Counted from the first letter of the stretch, positions 17,205 through 27,281 are shown. The stretch: DNA of 64,000 nucleotides from an uncultured Verrucomicrobiota bacterium (GCA_964647595.1 CAZYGH010000010.1:20362-84361), one strand, 5' to 3'. Translations and numbers: made by a program. Notes: generated from the letters alone by a model not told the origin.

Positions 17205-19625
17205 ATGAAAACATGTGTCGTCTCTGCACGGTCCCGTGGCGCCATCCAACCCTTGGAAAAATGCGCGAAAAATGTTCCAACCCTTGGAAAAAATCCAAAA
17301 AAAAGTTCTAAGGGTTGGAACTTTTTGCTGGGCGTCCTGCTGGCGCTGATGCCGGCGGCGGAGGTCCGGGCGCAGTTTATTGGCTGGGCGTGCGGCGGAA
17401 TGGATGGGCAGGGCGGGCTGTTGGTGTGTACGACAAATGGCGTGGACTGGTTCCGGCAGGGCGTGGGCCAGCTCGGCACCGTTCCGCTGGGCGGCGTGGC
17501 CGCAGTGAATGGGCGGCATGTTTGGGTGACGGGAGATCTGAAGGACGGCTACGCCTCGATCTATTATTCGTCCAACGCGGGGCAAACTTGGATGCGGCAG
17601 GGAAACGCTTCTAGCCTGCCGGACCAGTCGTTGCGCAAGATTTGGGCAGTGGACCGGAACGTTCTCTGGGCGGTGGGGGTGAGGGGTACGGTCGTGGTCA
17701 CGGATAACGGGGGCGTGGACTGGCATGACGTGTCCGTGGCGGGCTACACGAACATGTTGCAGGGCGTGACGGCGGTGGATCCGCACAAGGCGTGGGTCAG
17801 CGGCCAAGTGAATCCGGATACGGGTCTGGCGGGGTTGTTTTACACGGAGAATGGCGGCCAGGACTGGCTGGCGCTTACCAACGGGGTCCCTGCCCAGACC
17901 GATCGCCTGCTCGGGCTTGCCGCGCTGGATGAAAATCGCGTGTTCGCGAGCGGGGGATACGAGACCATCCTGGCGACCACCAATGCCGGCGCGCAGTGGG
18001 AGACCCTTGCGGGGGGGGGATTTAAGGATGGCAACGAAATCTGCGTGCTCGACGAGAACCGCATTTGGGCGGCCAACGATGCCCATGTGAGCTGGACTAC
18101 CAATGGCGGCGTGAGCTGGAATTCGTTCAATACAAGCGAGTACACGATGGATGTTTCGACGCCGGACGGCACGAATGTCTGGGCGCTGTCCCACGGTCAT
18201 TGGGGCGGGATTATTTATTATTCGTCAGATGGCGGCGCGAGCTGGATCGAGCAGGCGAAGTCGAATGCGTGGATAAGGCTTGTCACGGTGGAGGTTCAAC
18301 GGATGCCTGTTTCGCGCACCCTGCACGTGGATGCGGCATCGGGAACCGCCGTTCCTCCTTACGATTCGTGGGCGACAGCGGCCTCGAACATCCAAGACGC
18401 GGTAGATGCGGCGTTGGATGGCGACATCGTGCTGGTGACCAACGGCGTGTATTCAGCAGGCGGCAGGACCACGTTGGAGGGGCTGACCAACCGTGTGGCG
18501 ATCGACAAGCCGGTGATGGTCACAAGTGTGAACGGGCCCGAGGTTACGATGATCGTGGGCCGTAGACCGAACAGCGATGCGGCGGTGCGCGGGGTTTATA
18601 TGGTGGAGGGCGCATCGCTGATTGGCTTTACCGTGACGAATGGAGCAACCTTGGCCCGGTTGGGGGAGGATGGTGCGGGAGGCGGGATCTTCGCGCAGGG
18701 TGGCGGTGCGATTATTTCGAATTGCATGGTGACCGGAAATACCGCTTGGAAGTGGGGCGGCGGTGTATATGGCGGAACGCTCTATCATAGTGTGTTGAGA
18801 GGGAACGAGGGAGACTTGGGCGGGGGTGCTTGTACCAGCACGCTCTACAACTGCTTGCTGACCGGCAACCGGGCTTGGGTCGACGGCGGCGGTGCGAGCG
18901 GCGGTGCGCTATTCAATTGCACCCTTGTCGGCAACTCGGCAAATTCGGTCGGAGGTGGAGCGTGGGACGCAGATCTGCACAATTGCATTGTGTATTACAA
19001 TGATGCGCCGAGTGGCGCTAATTGGTCCAACGGACTGTTACGGTTTTCCTGTACGACGCCCTTGCCCGAGGGCGCTGGAAATATGACCGCCGAACCGGGG
19101 TTTCTCGATCCGGGCAGTGGGGTTGGGACAAATCATGTCGCGGGCGACTACCGCCTGCAAAGCAATTCACCTTGTGTGAACGCGGGCTTCAACGATTCCT
19201 GGATGCACGAAGCGACCGATCTGGATGGCAATGCCCGCATCCAAAACGCCGTGGTGGACATTGGCGCGGTTGAGTCCGCGTGGTGGGGAATTTTTGCGGA
19301 CGTGGACGCGGACGGGTTCACGGATTGGACCGAGGTGGAGGTCACCGGCACGGACCCGACAAACGCGTCGTCGTTTCTGGGAATGATGGACGGGAGCGCT
19401 GAGGCGGAGGGTATGGTGATCCGCTGGCAAAGTGTCGAAGGCCGACTTTATCATGTGGACCGGTCACTGGATCTGATGGCCATCCCGGCCTTCCAATCGC
19501 TGACGAGCAACATTACCGGCCAGCCCGGAACAACCACCGTGACGGACACCACCGCCACCGCGAAGAGCCCCTATTTCTACCGGGTGGTGGTGGGGAGAGA
19601 GTCCCATGCGCCGGAACAACCATGA
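17205..19625 (+). CDS. Large secreted protein: BNR/YCF48-like propeller repeats, parallel beta-helix/choice-of-anchor Q-like region and C-terminal FYRV domain
   Basis: Repeated (S/T)xNGGxxW motifs, NIQDAVDAA, DYRLQSNSPCVNAG...DLDGNARI...VDIGAVE, ending YFYRVVV. Confidence 0.8.
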   Translation: MKTCVVSARSRGAIQPLEKCAKNVPTLGKNPKKSSKGWNFLLGVLLALMPAAEVRAQFIGWACGGMDGQGGLLVCTTNGVDWFRQGVGQLGTVPLGGVAAVNGRHVWVTGDLKDGYASIYYSSNAGQTWMRQGNASSLPDQSLRKIWAVDRNVLWAVGVRGTVVVTDNGGVDWHDVSVAGYTNMLQGVTAVDPHKAWVSGQVNPDTGLAGLFYTENGGQDWLALTNGVPAQTDRLLGLAALDENRVFASGGYETILATTNAGAQWETLAGGGFKDGNEICVLDENRIWAANDAHVSWTTNGGVSWNSFNTSEYTMDVSTPDGTNVWALSHGHWGGIIYYSSDGGASWIEQAKSNAWIRLVTVEVQRMPVSRTLHVDAASGTAVPPYDSWATAASNIQDAVDAALDGDIVLVTNGVYSAGGRTTLEGLTNRVAIDKPVMVTSVNGPEVTMIVGRRPNSDAAVRGVYMVEGASLIGFTVTNGATLARLGEDGAGGGIFAQGGGAIISNCMVTGNTAWKWGGGVYGGTLYHSVLRGNEGDLGGGACTSTLYNCLLTGNRAWVDGGGASGGALFNCTLVGNSANSVGGGAWDADLHNCIVYYNDAPSGANWSNGLLRFSCTTPLPEGAGNMTAEPGFLDPGSGVGTNHVAGDYRLQSNSPCVNAGFNDSWMHEATDLDGNARIQNAVVDIGAVESAWWGIFADVDADGFTDWTEVEVTGTDPTNASSFLGMMDGSAEAEGMVIRWQSVEGRLYHVDRSLDLMAIPAFQSLTSNITGQPGTTTVTDTTATAKSPYFYRVVVGRESHAPEQP

Positions 19626-19727
19626 TGACCAGAAAGGGGCAGTCCCATAATTAAATATTTCATTTCTTCGCATCCTCCTTACACTCAAAAATTTTATAGA
19701 TTATAGGACTGCCCACCCCTTGGTCAT
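19625..19727. repeat. About 100-bp AT-rich element bounded by inverted repeats
   Basis: ATGACCA..GGGGCAGTCCCATAAT pairs with ATTATAGGACTGCCC..TGGTCAT. Confidence 0.55.
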
Positions 19728-19792
19728 GGGTCATTGGATATTGGATATTGGATATTGAAATCTCCCCCCCGCCCCCCCCCATTTTTCGCGGA

Positions 19793-20074
19793 TCAATCCG
19801 CCCGGTGCGTCACTTCCACCAGATGGAAGCCAAACTGGGTCTTCACCGGCCCCTGCACCACGCCGATGGGCGCGCTAAACACCACCTGATCGAACTCCTT
19901 CACCATCTGCCCCGGCGAAAACGTGCCCAAGGCCCCCCCCTCGCGACCCGACGGACACGACGAATGTTTCTTGGCCAGCGCCGCGAAGTCCGCGCCCTCC
20001 GCAATCTGCTTCTTGAGGTCGTTGCACTGGGCTTCGGTAGGGACAAGGATATGACGGGCGGCGGCTCGGGCCAT
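19793..20074 (-). CDS. ppiC: Parvulin-type peptidyl-prolyl isomerase
   Basis: ARHILV, FAALAKKHSSCPS, GGALG, MVKEFD, GPVKTQFGFHLVEV. Confidence 0.95.
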   Translation of the reverse strand: MARAAARHILVPTEAQCNDLKKQIAEGADFAALAKKHSSCPSGREGGALGTFSPGQMVKEFDQVVFSAPIGVVQGPVKTQFGFHLVEVTHRAD

Positions 20075-20216
20075 GGGATGCTCCTGGGGTTTGGGTTTAA
20101 AACCCTTACCATGCCCGGATGCCGCAAAAATTCAAGTATAGGTTTTGATGCCCTCTCCTCATCCGTTGCTTGCCACGCCTCAGCGTGGGCACTCGCGCCC
20201 CATTTCCACCCCCCCA

Positions 20217-20292
20217 TTTTTCCACACAATGGAAAACTTTTTCGCGATTTTTCCACACAATGGAAAAAATGTTTCCACAGTATGGAAAACTT
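20217..20292. repeat. TTCCA-N-TGGAA palindrome cluster (dispersed family A)
   Basis: Three units such as TTTTCCACACAATGGAAAA. Confidence 0.8.
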
Positions 20293-20671
20293 TAGGCCGG
20301 CCCCATTCCCGTGGCTACTCTGTAGGCCCGGGCGCTGACCGGGCGGCTGTTTGATCGGGACGCCCCCGTCCCGCATCTGCCCCTTCTGAATCCTGAATCA
20401 TCGCGCCCTCCGCCCCCCCTTCTCCGCTTGCCAACCCACCCCATTTCCTCCATCCTCATCATCCTGTGAACATTGCACCGCCCAAAGAACATCATTTCAT
20501 AGGACTACCCCTTTTATGTTCATATTAATGCTTACTTTTCCCTAAACACCTTTAACAATTTTAGACATGCCCCCGACATTCCGCCTGCATTGACATAACG
20601 CCTCCATTGGCCATACCGTCAGTATCGCAGTATATTGCATGCCCACAGCACATTCACCGGTCTACTCATAA

Positions 20672-21223
20672 ATGCCAAAGATTAAGACAAAACTATGCCA
20701 AGGGTATCTAAAACAGCAGATATTCAAGCATCCGGCAGCGGATCGTGACGGATACGTCCTACAGCACAAACTTGTCATTGAAGATCATATCAAACAAATT
20801 TTGCCACCTGGGTGCATTGTCCATCACATTGATCAAGACAGAAAAAACAATTCAATCGACAATCTACTCTTGATTCCAAATGACTCCCTTCATATGCGGC
20901 TGCATCTTCTGAAACTGAGCAAGCCGTCTGATTACGATAAGTTGTTCATGTTTTTTCTGGAGATACAGAATGCAGTCACAACTGGGAGCATCGATCTACA
21001 GAAATATTACCGCGAAGAGAAAATCAAGGCGCAGGCTCGATATCGGTCCGTTTCAGCAATTCCGGAGCTGAGCGAGATCGCATGCGAGATCCTTGAAGGT
21101 CGGAGAATCGGCGTGCAAAGGCTACGAGAGCAGCACGGCGACGATGTGCTTAAGCAGATGATTCGCTCTGCGTTGTTACAAATGCCAATCGATGCTCAAG
21201 AGTATGCGTGGGAACTAATTTGA
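20672..21223 (+). CDS. HNH endonuclease-domain protein
   Basis: GYVLQHKLVIE...IVHHIDQDRKNNSIDNL. Confidence 0.85.
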   Translation: MPKIKTKLCQGYLKQQIFKHPAADRDGYVLQHKLVIEDHIKQILPPGCIVHHIDQDRKNNSIDNLLLIPNDSLHMRLHLLKLSKPSDYDKLFMFFLEIQNAVTTGSIDLQKYYREEKIKAQARYRSVSAIPELSEIACEILEGRRIGVQRLREQHGDDVLKQMIRSALLQMPIDAQEYAWELI

Positions 21224-21277
21224 TCACTTGGCGAAATACAATCGCACGGAAGTATCACATTCATTGCAAAATATTTA

Positions 21278-21607
21278 TTGGATAACTACCGATCTTTTCG
21301 ATCCGCCAATACTATTATCCAAGGAATGATAGCTATCTATAAGCTGTGTAAGCTGTCGCCAGATCACATGCTAGGGTGGGATGAAAAGCTACTAATGTGC
21401 AAGAACATGCTTTCAAAAAGTAAGACTGCTATTCATTGGACCATATGTCTTGCCAATACTGTCCAGCTAGACGAGGTGACCAAGCTAAACCTGTACTCTA
21501 GCATTGATAAAAACAAACTGTACTGGCGCTCAAAGATTGAAATGAAGAGGCTCTCAAAGCCTCCTTCTGCCGAAGAATTGCAGGTTATTTATGAAGATTC
21601 TCTCTAG
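21278..21607 (+). CDS. Hypothetical protein
   Basis: 109-aa ORF in low-GC DNA, co-oriented with the HNH gene. Confidence 0.5.
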   Translation: MDNYRSFRSANTIIQGMIAIYKLCKLSPDHMLGWDEKLLMCKNMLSKSKTAIHWTICLANTVQLDEVTKLNLYSSIDKNKLYWRSKIEMKRLSKPPSAEELQVIYEDSL

Positions 21608-22069
21608 AATATGGATATCGGTCCAATAATCAAAAAAAGTGGGCAGTCCTATGAAATGATGTTTTGCTGCGCGGATCCGTTTCATCCCTTCCTCTTTTCG
21701 CCCATCCAATATGCCGCCCGCAAACGCGTTCCCCCACCCCGCCTCCTACTTTCTTCCCCAAATCCCCGCGCACTCTATCCCCAAAGAATAGAACTATCTT
21801 TTGACATTTTGGACACGCCCTGACTTCCCTCCCCACCTTGGCGCCCTTTGCGAGTTGCCACTCCGTTCACGCGGCTCTGCCATAGAACTCGCGTTCGCCC
21901 ATCGCCTTTAGCTTGGGCTCTGCACTCGTCTATTTGCGAGAGATGGTTTTTTAAATCTCAACAGGGGGAAAAACCCAATAGGTCGGAGTCCCCCCCTCCA
22001 TTTCCTCCTCCCCCGTCTCTTCGGTCTCTCACTCCGCGCCCTCTTCTCCCTACTGCCCGTGCCGGCCCC

Positions 22070-23020
22070 TCATCCACTTGTCGCCATGGTTTGCACGAAG
22101 TCGAGCTCGAGTTCCTCAGCCGGGTTGCTCAATCGCACCCAAACCCTCACGCGCAGCACTCCGTCCAGAAGGTCGTCGGCGGTCATGGTGCTGCCCAGCC
22201 CAACCGACACCGCAAAGGCCTCGGCGGGCGTGGCACCCTCCAGCTGGCCTTCCTTCCACTCGTCCGTCAGAAAACTGTTGATCATGGAATGAACGGCATT
22301 CCAGGTGTTCGCGTCATTGGGCGCAAAGACATACGCCTGCATGGCTATCTGAACGGCCGCCTTGATCCGGCTGAGCGGATCGGTGTAGTCAATCGGCACC
22401 ACGGGAAAAGCCGTTTCGTGGGGCACGATCTCCACCTGCTCCGACTTCCCGACCGCGAGATGGTGCTGTTTCATCACGAGGTGCAGGCTCGCCCTGAACG
22501 TTTGGGGATCCGCCACAAACGGCACCTGCGCGGCCACGTCGTTCTCTGTGAAGAAGCGGTGGGTCGCTTCCGGAATCTCGATTCCGTTGCGCGGGTTGCG
22601 GTCGGCATCTAGGGTCTGCAGAAAGACGCATACGTTGGCCGTGACGTGGCGCGCCTGATGGTAGCCATCGATCGTCAGATCCAGCGGGGTGACCACGGGC
22701 CGCCCCATGGCCCGGCCCAGTTCCAAGTCGCCGACCGAAAACACCACCCACTCTCCCTCGCGATACTGAAAGGCCCCGCGCGCATCAGTCAAGCCGCGCA
22801 GCGTCGCGGAGCGGTAGGTCAATCCCGCCACCGCGCTGTCGAGGAACACCCCTTCCCGCACTGGACCGTCATCCGAATCGTCGCACCCCATCGCCAGGAC
22901 GCCCAGCGCCAAGACGAGACAGATAGATCGGAGACCCCCCCGCTTGCAGGAGGCCCCAGGCCTCATGACGGTGAATTTCCCATCCCCTGTTTGTCCGGCC
23001 TTCGCGGTTTTGTTGTTCAT
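22070..23020 (-). CDS. Lipoprotein with a C-terminal phage/eCIS tail-sheath-like domain
   Basis: Lipobox LAMGC; GVFLDSAVAGLTY...TPLDL...LQTLDAD domain; C-terminus YVFAPNDANTW...AFAVSVGLGSTMTADDLLDG...PAEE. The start is uncertain. Confidence 0.7.
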   Translation of the reverse strand: MNNKTAKAGQTGDGKFTVMRPGASCKRGGLRSICLVLALGVLAMGCDDSDDGPVREGVFLDSAVAGLTYRSATLRGLTDARGAFQYREGEWVVFSVGDLELGRAMGRPVVTPLDLTIDGYHQARHVTANVCVFLQTLDADRNPRNGIEIPEATHRFFTENDVAAQVPFVADPQTFRASLHLVMKQHHLAVGKSEQVEIVPHETAFPVVPIDYTDPLSRIKAAVQIAMQAYVFAPNDANTWNAVHSMINSFLTDEWKEGQLEGATPAEAFAVSVGLGSTMTADDLLDGVLRVRVWVRLSNPAEELELDFVQTMATSG

Positions 23021-23067
23021 TTGGCTTGCTCCAACTGTGCCCATGCTCGACGACTTGGAATCAAATC

Positions 23068-24051
23068 TCAAGCGCCAAAGGGGCAGACCCGCAACATTAT
23101 CATGCGAACCGGCTCGGGCATGTTGTTCATCACCTCAAACAACGCCTTGCGGTTTCCACCTCCGCCCAGCTTGCCAACTCCGCCAGCAACCCATACTCTC
23201 CACTGCATCCAACGGAAATACGCCCCCGCATGATCACTCGATTTATGAATTTGGAAGAGGCCCATCGCGCGGAAGCGGGAGAAGGCAGGAATGGCATCGT
23301 GGGGGCCTGGGGCGGCTTCGGGATGATACTGGAGCGAAAAGGCAGGAACCTTCTTCGCCTCCAACCCTTCCACGGTTCGGTCGTTCAAACTGACGTGCGT
23401 GATTTCGGCCTCGGCCGGATCTAGACTATCCGCATCCACCCGATAATTGTGATTCTGCGATGTGATTTCCACCGTCGCCGCCCGCACATCCATCACGGGG
23501 TGATTGCATCCGTGGTGACCGAACTTCAATCGGCACGTTTTCCCGCCCAGCGCCAGCCCCAGCAACTGGTGGCCAAGACAGATGCCCATGATCGGCACCT
23601 TGCCCAGCAATCCCCGAATCGTGGCGATGGCATAGTGCAACGCCGCCGGATCCGCCGGGCCGTTGGACAGCATCACACCCGCAGGAACGGTGAAAGGACG
23701 AACTGAACCGCCACCGCTGATGGTCACCCGGAAGCCGTTGTGATTCGTATTCAGGTAACTAGCGTTGGGCGTGCCTGAAATGACCACCGTGCCGGTGACA
23801 TTGAGCGTGCTCGCAAGCGCAATGGTCGTTTCCTTGAAGCCAAAGGATATGGAGCGCGTGCCCGTGCAGGGCTGGGCCAGCGCCCAGCGCAGCGTGCCCG
23901 TCCCGCTGTCTAGATGGTTGGTGACCGTGAAGGTCTGGTCGGCGCGGGCGGCCATGAGGCTCAGGGCGAGCGCCAGAGCCACTTGCATGACCAGTCGGTT
24001 CCACGTGTAGCGTGTTGGTTTCATCGTTGTTCCATCCAGTTTGTCATCCAT
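23068..24051 (-). pseudogene. Chimeric ORF: secreted beta-helix protein N-terminus fused to a CarA glutamine amidotransferase domain
   Basis: Signal peptide and FTVTNHLDSGTGTLRWAL, then GVMLSNGPADP, GICLGHQ, KFGHHGCNHPV, TSQNHNY, QYHPEAAPGPHD. Confidence 0.7.
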
Positions 24052-24562
24052 ATTTCACATTCAGGGCCGCCGCCGTGCGGGGGCTCAGGTAGGGCGCGCC
24101 AGTCAACAGGGCTTGGATGCCATGAATTAAATGACCGGCGGCTTCGCGTTTGGTGACATATCCATTGGCGCCGGCAGTTAACGCACTGCGTATCATGTGC
24201 GCGCCTTCGTGCATCGAGCAGACCAGGACGATCAGGCCGCGTTCCCGTAGCGGCCCGATCAGGTCGATGCCGCTTTCGTCACCCAGTTTCAGATCGAGCA
24301 GCACCACCCCGCCGGAGGAAAGGTTCGCGTGCGCCAAGGCTTCGCGGCCACCGCCAGCTTCGCCGGCGATTGCGCACCCCATGGACCGCAACAGATTCTT
24401 CAACCCGGCGCGGACTCTTGGCTCATCGTCCACGATAAACACGGACGGCTTGGCAAGCGCCTGCAGCGGGGCGGCACGATCCATCCCGATTCGATCCATC
24501 GAATTCATGCGGGCAAGAATAGGCAGACAGACGGAGGAGAGAGAGGGGGATTTTCCTCTCAT
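24044..24562 (-). CDS. NarL-type response regulator, receiver domain only
   Basis: FIVDDEPRVR, LLDLKLGDESG, GYVTKRE; ends before the HTH. The true start is probably downstream. Confidence 0.8.
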   Translation of the reverse strand: MRGKSPSLSSVCLPILARMNSMDRIGMDRAAPLQALAKPSVFIVDDEPRVRAGLKNLLRSMGCAIAGEAGGGREALAHANLSSGGVVLLDLKLGDESGIDLIGPLRERGLIVLVCSMHEGAHMIRSALTAGANGYVTKREAAGHLIHGIQALLTGAPYLSPRTAAALNVKYG

Positions 24563-24572
24563 TCGGACGGCA

Positions 24573-25199
24573 TCAAGCCACGGGAGGAGAAGAGGCGTCC
24601 CGGATGGTCTGGCGGCGCAGGTCTTTCATGCTTTGCAGGCCGAGTTTGTTCATGATGCGGGTGCCATACGATTCGAGGGTGCGAACGCTGATGCCAAGCT
24701 GCCGGGCGATTTCATCGTTGGACAGGCCCTGTCCCATGAGCCGGTAGATCTGTTGCTGTTGTCCGGTTAGCGTGTCGATGGGTGTCGCATGAGCAAGCGC
24801 TATTTCGGCGCGGGGGCTTAGAAAACGGGATCCGGCCGCAACCGTACGGATGGCTTCGAGCAACGAGCTGGAAACCTCGCGCTTGGTCACATAGCCTCCG
24901 GCCCCTGCATCCAAAGCCTTCCGTATGACATCCGAGCGCTCATGCATGGAATACACCAAGACGGACAAACTACATTCGCGAAGGCGTTGGATCAAGGAGA
25001 TGCCGTTCTCTTCGCCCAAGGCCAGATCCACGATGACCAAGTTGCTTTTGCTCAATGCGGGGTGTTGCAGGGTTTCCCGGATGCCTCCCGCCTCGCCCGC
25101 AATGGCAAGACCCGCCCCGCGCAGCACGTTGGCCAAGCCTTCGCGCACCATGGGATGGTCGTCCACCAAAAATATTCTTGCCGGATTCGGGGTTGTCAT
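24573..25199 (-). CDS. NarL/LuxR-family response regulator
   Basis: FLVDDHPMVREGL, IVDLALG, GLSNDEIARQLGISVRTLE. Confidence 0.92.
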   Translation of the reverse strand: MTTPNPARIFLVDDHPMVREGLANVLRGAGLAIAGEAGGIRETLQHPALSKSNLVIVDLALGEENGISLIQRLRECSLSVLVYSMHERSDVIRKALDAGAGGYVTKREVSSSLLEAIRTVAAGSRFLSPRAEIALAHATPIDTLTGQQQQIYRLMGQGLSNDEIARQLGISVRTLESYGTRIMNKLGLQSMKDLRRQTIRDASSPPVA

Positions 25200-26477
25200 G
25201 CGGCACCCATCGCGTGCGGCACTCGACACAGGACGGTTGTGCCTTTGCCGGGTGCGCCGGAAATTTCCAGCGATCCGCCCATCAATCCAGCGCGGTACGC
25301 CATGATCCGCCGCCCCAAGCCTTCCCCCGCATCGCTCGCGATGCCCTTGCCATCGTCGGTCACGCTCAGTTCGAGTTCGCCGGGACGGCTGATCAAGCGG
25401 ATGACCACCCGCGTGCAAGCGGCATGCTTGGCGGCGTTGGTCAGGGCTTCGCTAGCGATCCGGTAGAGCTGCAAGGCGCAGTTCGGGTCGCAGACACTCA
25501 CTCGAGCATTTGCTTGGAGTTCACATGCGATGCCCCGATGTTCGCGCGCCGTGCGGCACAGATCCTCCAGCGCGGGAATCAGGTCTTCCGGCTCCAAATC
25601 CACCGGACAGAGCCCGCGCGCCACGTCGTAGGCCATGTCGATGGATTGCTCGATCTCTTCCCGAATGCGCGTCACCTCAGCCGCTTCTGTCGCACCGGAC
25701 GCCGTTTGTCGATTCTCGAGGGCCGTGCAATTCAGCAATGCCGCCGTCAGGTTTTGGCACAGCCCGGCGTGCAACTCGGAACCTAGGTTCCGACGCTCCG
25801 CTTCGCTGATGCGGGCGACTTTCGTTTCCAGCCGTTTACGGTCAGCGGTTTCCTCCTCCACCTTCCGCAATGCGATGCGTTCGGCGATCATGGTGCGCCG
25901 CTGCAAGGCATGGAATTGGGTCAGGAGAATCATTAACACCAGAATGCTTCCACCAAAGCGAAGCCCTTGCAAAAACCAGAACTCCGGCTGGGCGGCCACC
26001 CCCTCCACCTCCACCAATTCCGTCAGCATCGGACTCTCGACCAGAAGAGCAACCGCCACAAACAGCAGGCTGATCAGGCCCGCCATCCACCACCCGGTAC
26101 GGGGTCCGTCCAGGATCACGGCTAATAGCGGCAGGACCAGCAAAGACAATCTTCCATCGCCCGCCAACTGTGTCACGGCCAACTGGATCACGCCGAATAT
26201 GGCGATCACACCGAGCATGATGAAGGCCCTCCATCGGGGTAGCCAGCGCGGCCGCACAGACACGATTGCCGGAGCCAGATACAGCAGGAGGCAAACGATC
26301 CGCAACCACCATGGAAGGTTAAAAAATGCGGCCGTTCAAAACGGCAATCATAGCGGGTAGTTCGGTAGCAGCGGCAACCGCCAACACGATGGCGATGGCC
26401 TTCGACCTCCACTCGTTCAGCAATCCGTCCACTTCATCGGCGACGGCTTGCTGGGTACATCCGGCTCGATCCGTCAT
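25196..26477 (-). pseudogene. Membrane sensor histidine kinase (HisKA_3 type), frameshifted in a T6 run at 26321-26326
   Basis: ERRNLGSELHAGLCQ, EALTNAAKHA, DDGKG, GLG, GT. The upstream frame from ATG 26477 joins if one T is removed. Confidence 0.75.
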
Positions 26478-26480
26478 CGT

Positions 26481-27281
26481 TTAGTCTCGGTCGAGGCCTT
26501 GTCGGAGGTCGCGGATTTTGGCGGCCATGCGGGCGGGGAGGTCGGGGGCGGCGGGGGCGGTGCCGATGACGTTGACGAGGGTGGAGCCGACAATGACGCC
26601 ATCGGCCATGGGGGCGAGTTTGGCGGCATCGTCGCCGTTGCGGATGCCGAAGCCGAGGCAGACGGGGAGGGGGCTGACAGCTTTGACTTCGGCGGCGTGT
26701 TTGGCGATGGCGGAATAATCTAGGCCACCTTCGCCGGTGGTTCCGGTTTTTGTGATGAGATACAGGAAGCCGCCGGTTTCGTTGGCGATTTTTTGAAGGC
26801 GGTCGGGGCGCGTGGTGGGGGCGGCGAGCAAAATGATTTGGATGTCGGTGCCCTTCAATGCGGCGCGGAGGGGGGCGGCCTCTTCGGGCGGGAGATCGAC
26901 GACGAGGAGGCCGTCGACGCCCGCTTCATGCGCGGCCTTCGCAAGCCGTTCGAGGCCGTATTTGAAAAGGGGATTGTAGTAGCCGAAGAGCATAATGGGG
27001 ATGTCGGATTCGGCGCGGAGGCGGGCGGCGAGCCCGAGGGTTTTTGTGAGGGTCATGCCGGAGGCGAGGGCGCGTTGCGAGGCGAGCTGGATGGCGGGGC
27101 CGTCGGCAGTGGGGTCGGAGAAGGGGACGCCGAGTTCGAGGATGTCGATCCCGGCGGCACAGGCGGCGCGCAGGATTTCAAAGCTGGTCTCGAGGTTCGG
27201 GTCGCCCGCCGTGAGATAGCCGACGAGGGCTTTGCGATGGGTGGAGGAGAGTTTTTGGAACGTGGTCGTAATTCTATTCAT
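26481..27281 (-). CDS. trpA: Tryptophan synthase alpha chain
   Basis: YLTAGDP, ELGVPFSDPTADGP, YYNP, GFGI, DGVIVGS. Confidence 0.97.
   Translation of the reverse strand: MNRITTTFQKLSSTHRKALVGYLTAGDPNLETSFEILRAACAAGIDILELGVPFSDPTADGPAIQLASQRALASGMTLTKTLGLAARLRAESDIPIMLFGYYNPLFKYGLERLAKAAHEAGVDGLLVVDLPPEEAAPLRAALKGTDIQIILLAAPTTRPDRLQKIANETGGFLYLITKTGTTGEGGLDYSAIAKHAAEVKAVSPLPVCLGFGIRNGDDAAKLAPMADGVIVGSTLVNVIGTAPAAPDLPARMAAKIRDLRQGLDRD

Larger units (their letters stand above)
20488..21663. mobile_element. AT-rich islet flanked by terminal inverted repeats, carrying an HNH gene and a hypothetical gene
   Basis: Left end AACATCATTTCATAGGACTACCCCTTTT; right end (reverse complement) AACATCATTTCATAGGACTGCCCACTTTT; the first 19 nt are identical. 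Confidence 0.65.

Noticed and set aside
20217-20292. TTCCA/TGGAA clusters as a CRISPR array or oriC
   Set aside because: Only 2-3 degenerate units with short non-unique spacers and no cas genes; dispersed copies with no dnaA gene or unwinding element nearby.
21848-22060. Pyrimidine-rich stretch and ORF 21848..22612
   Set aside because: Low complexity, antisense to the lipoprotein gene, and no RNA family recognisable.
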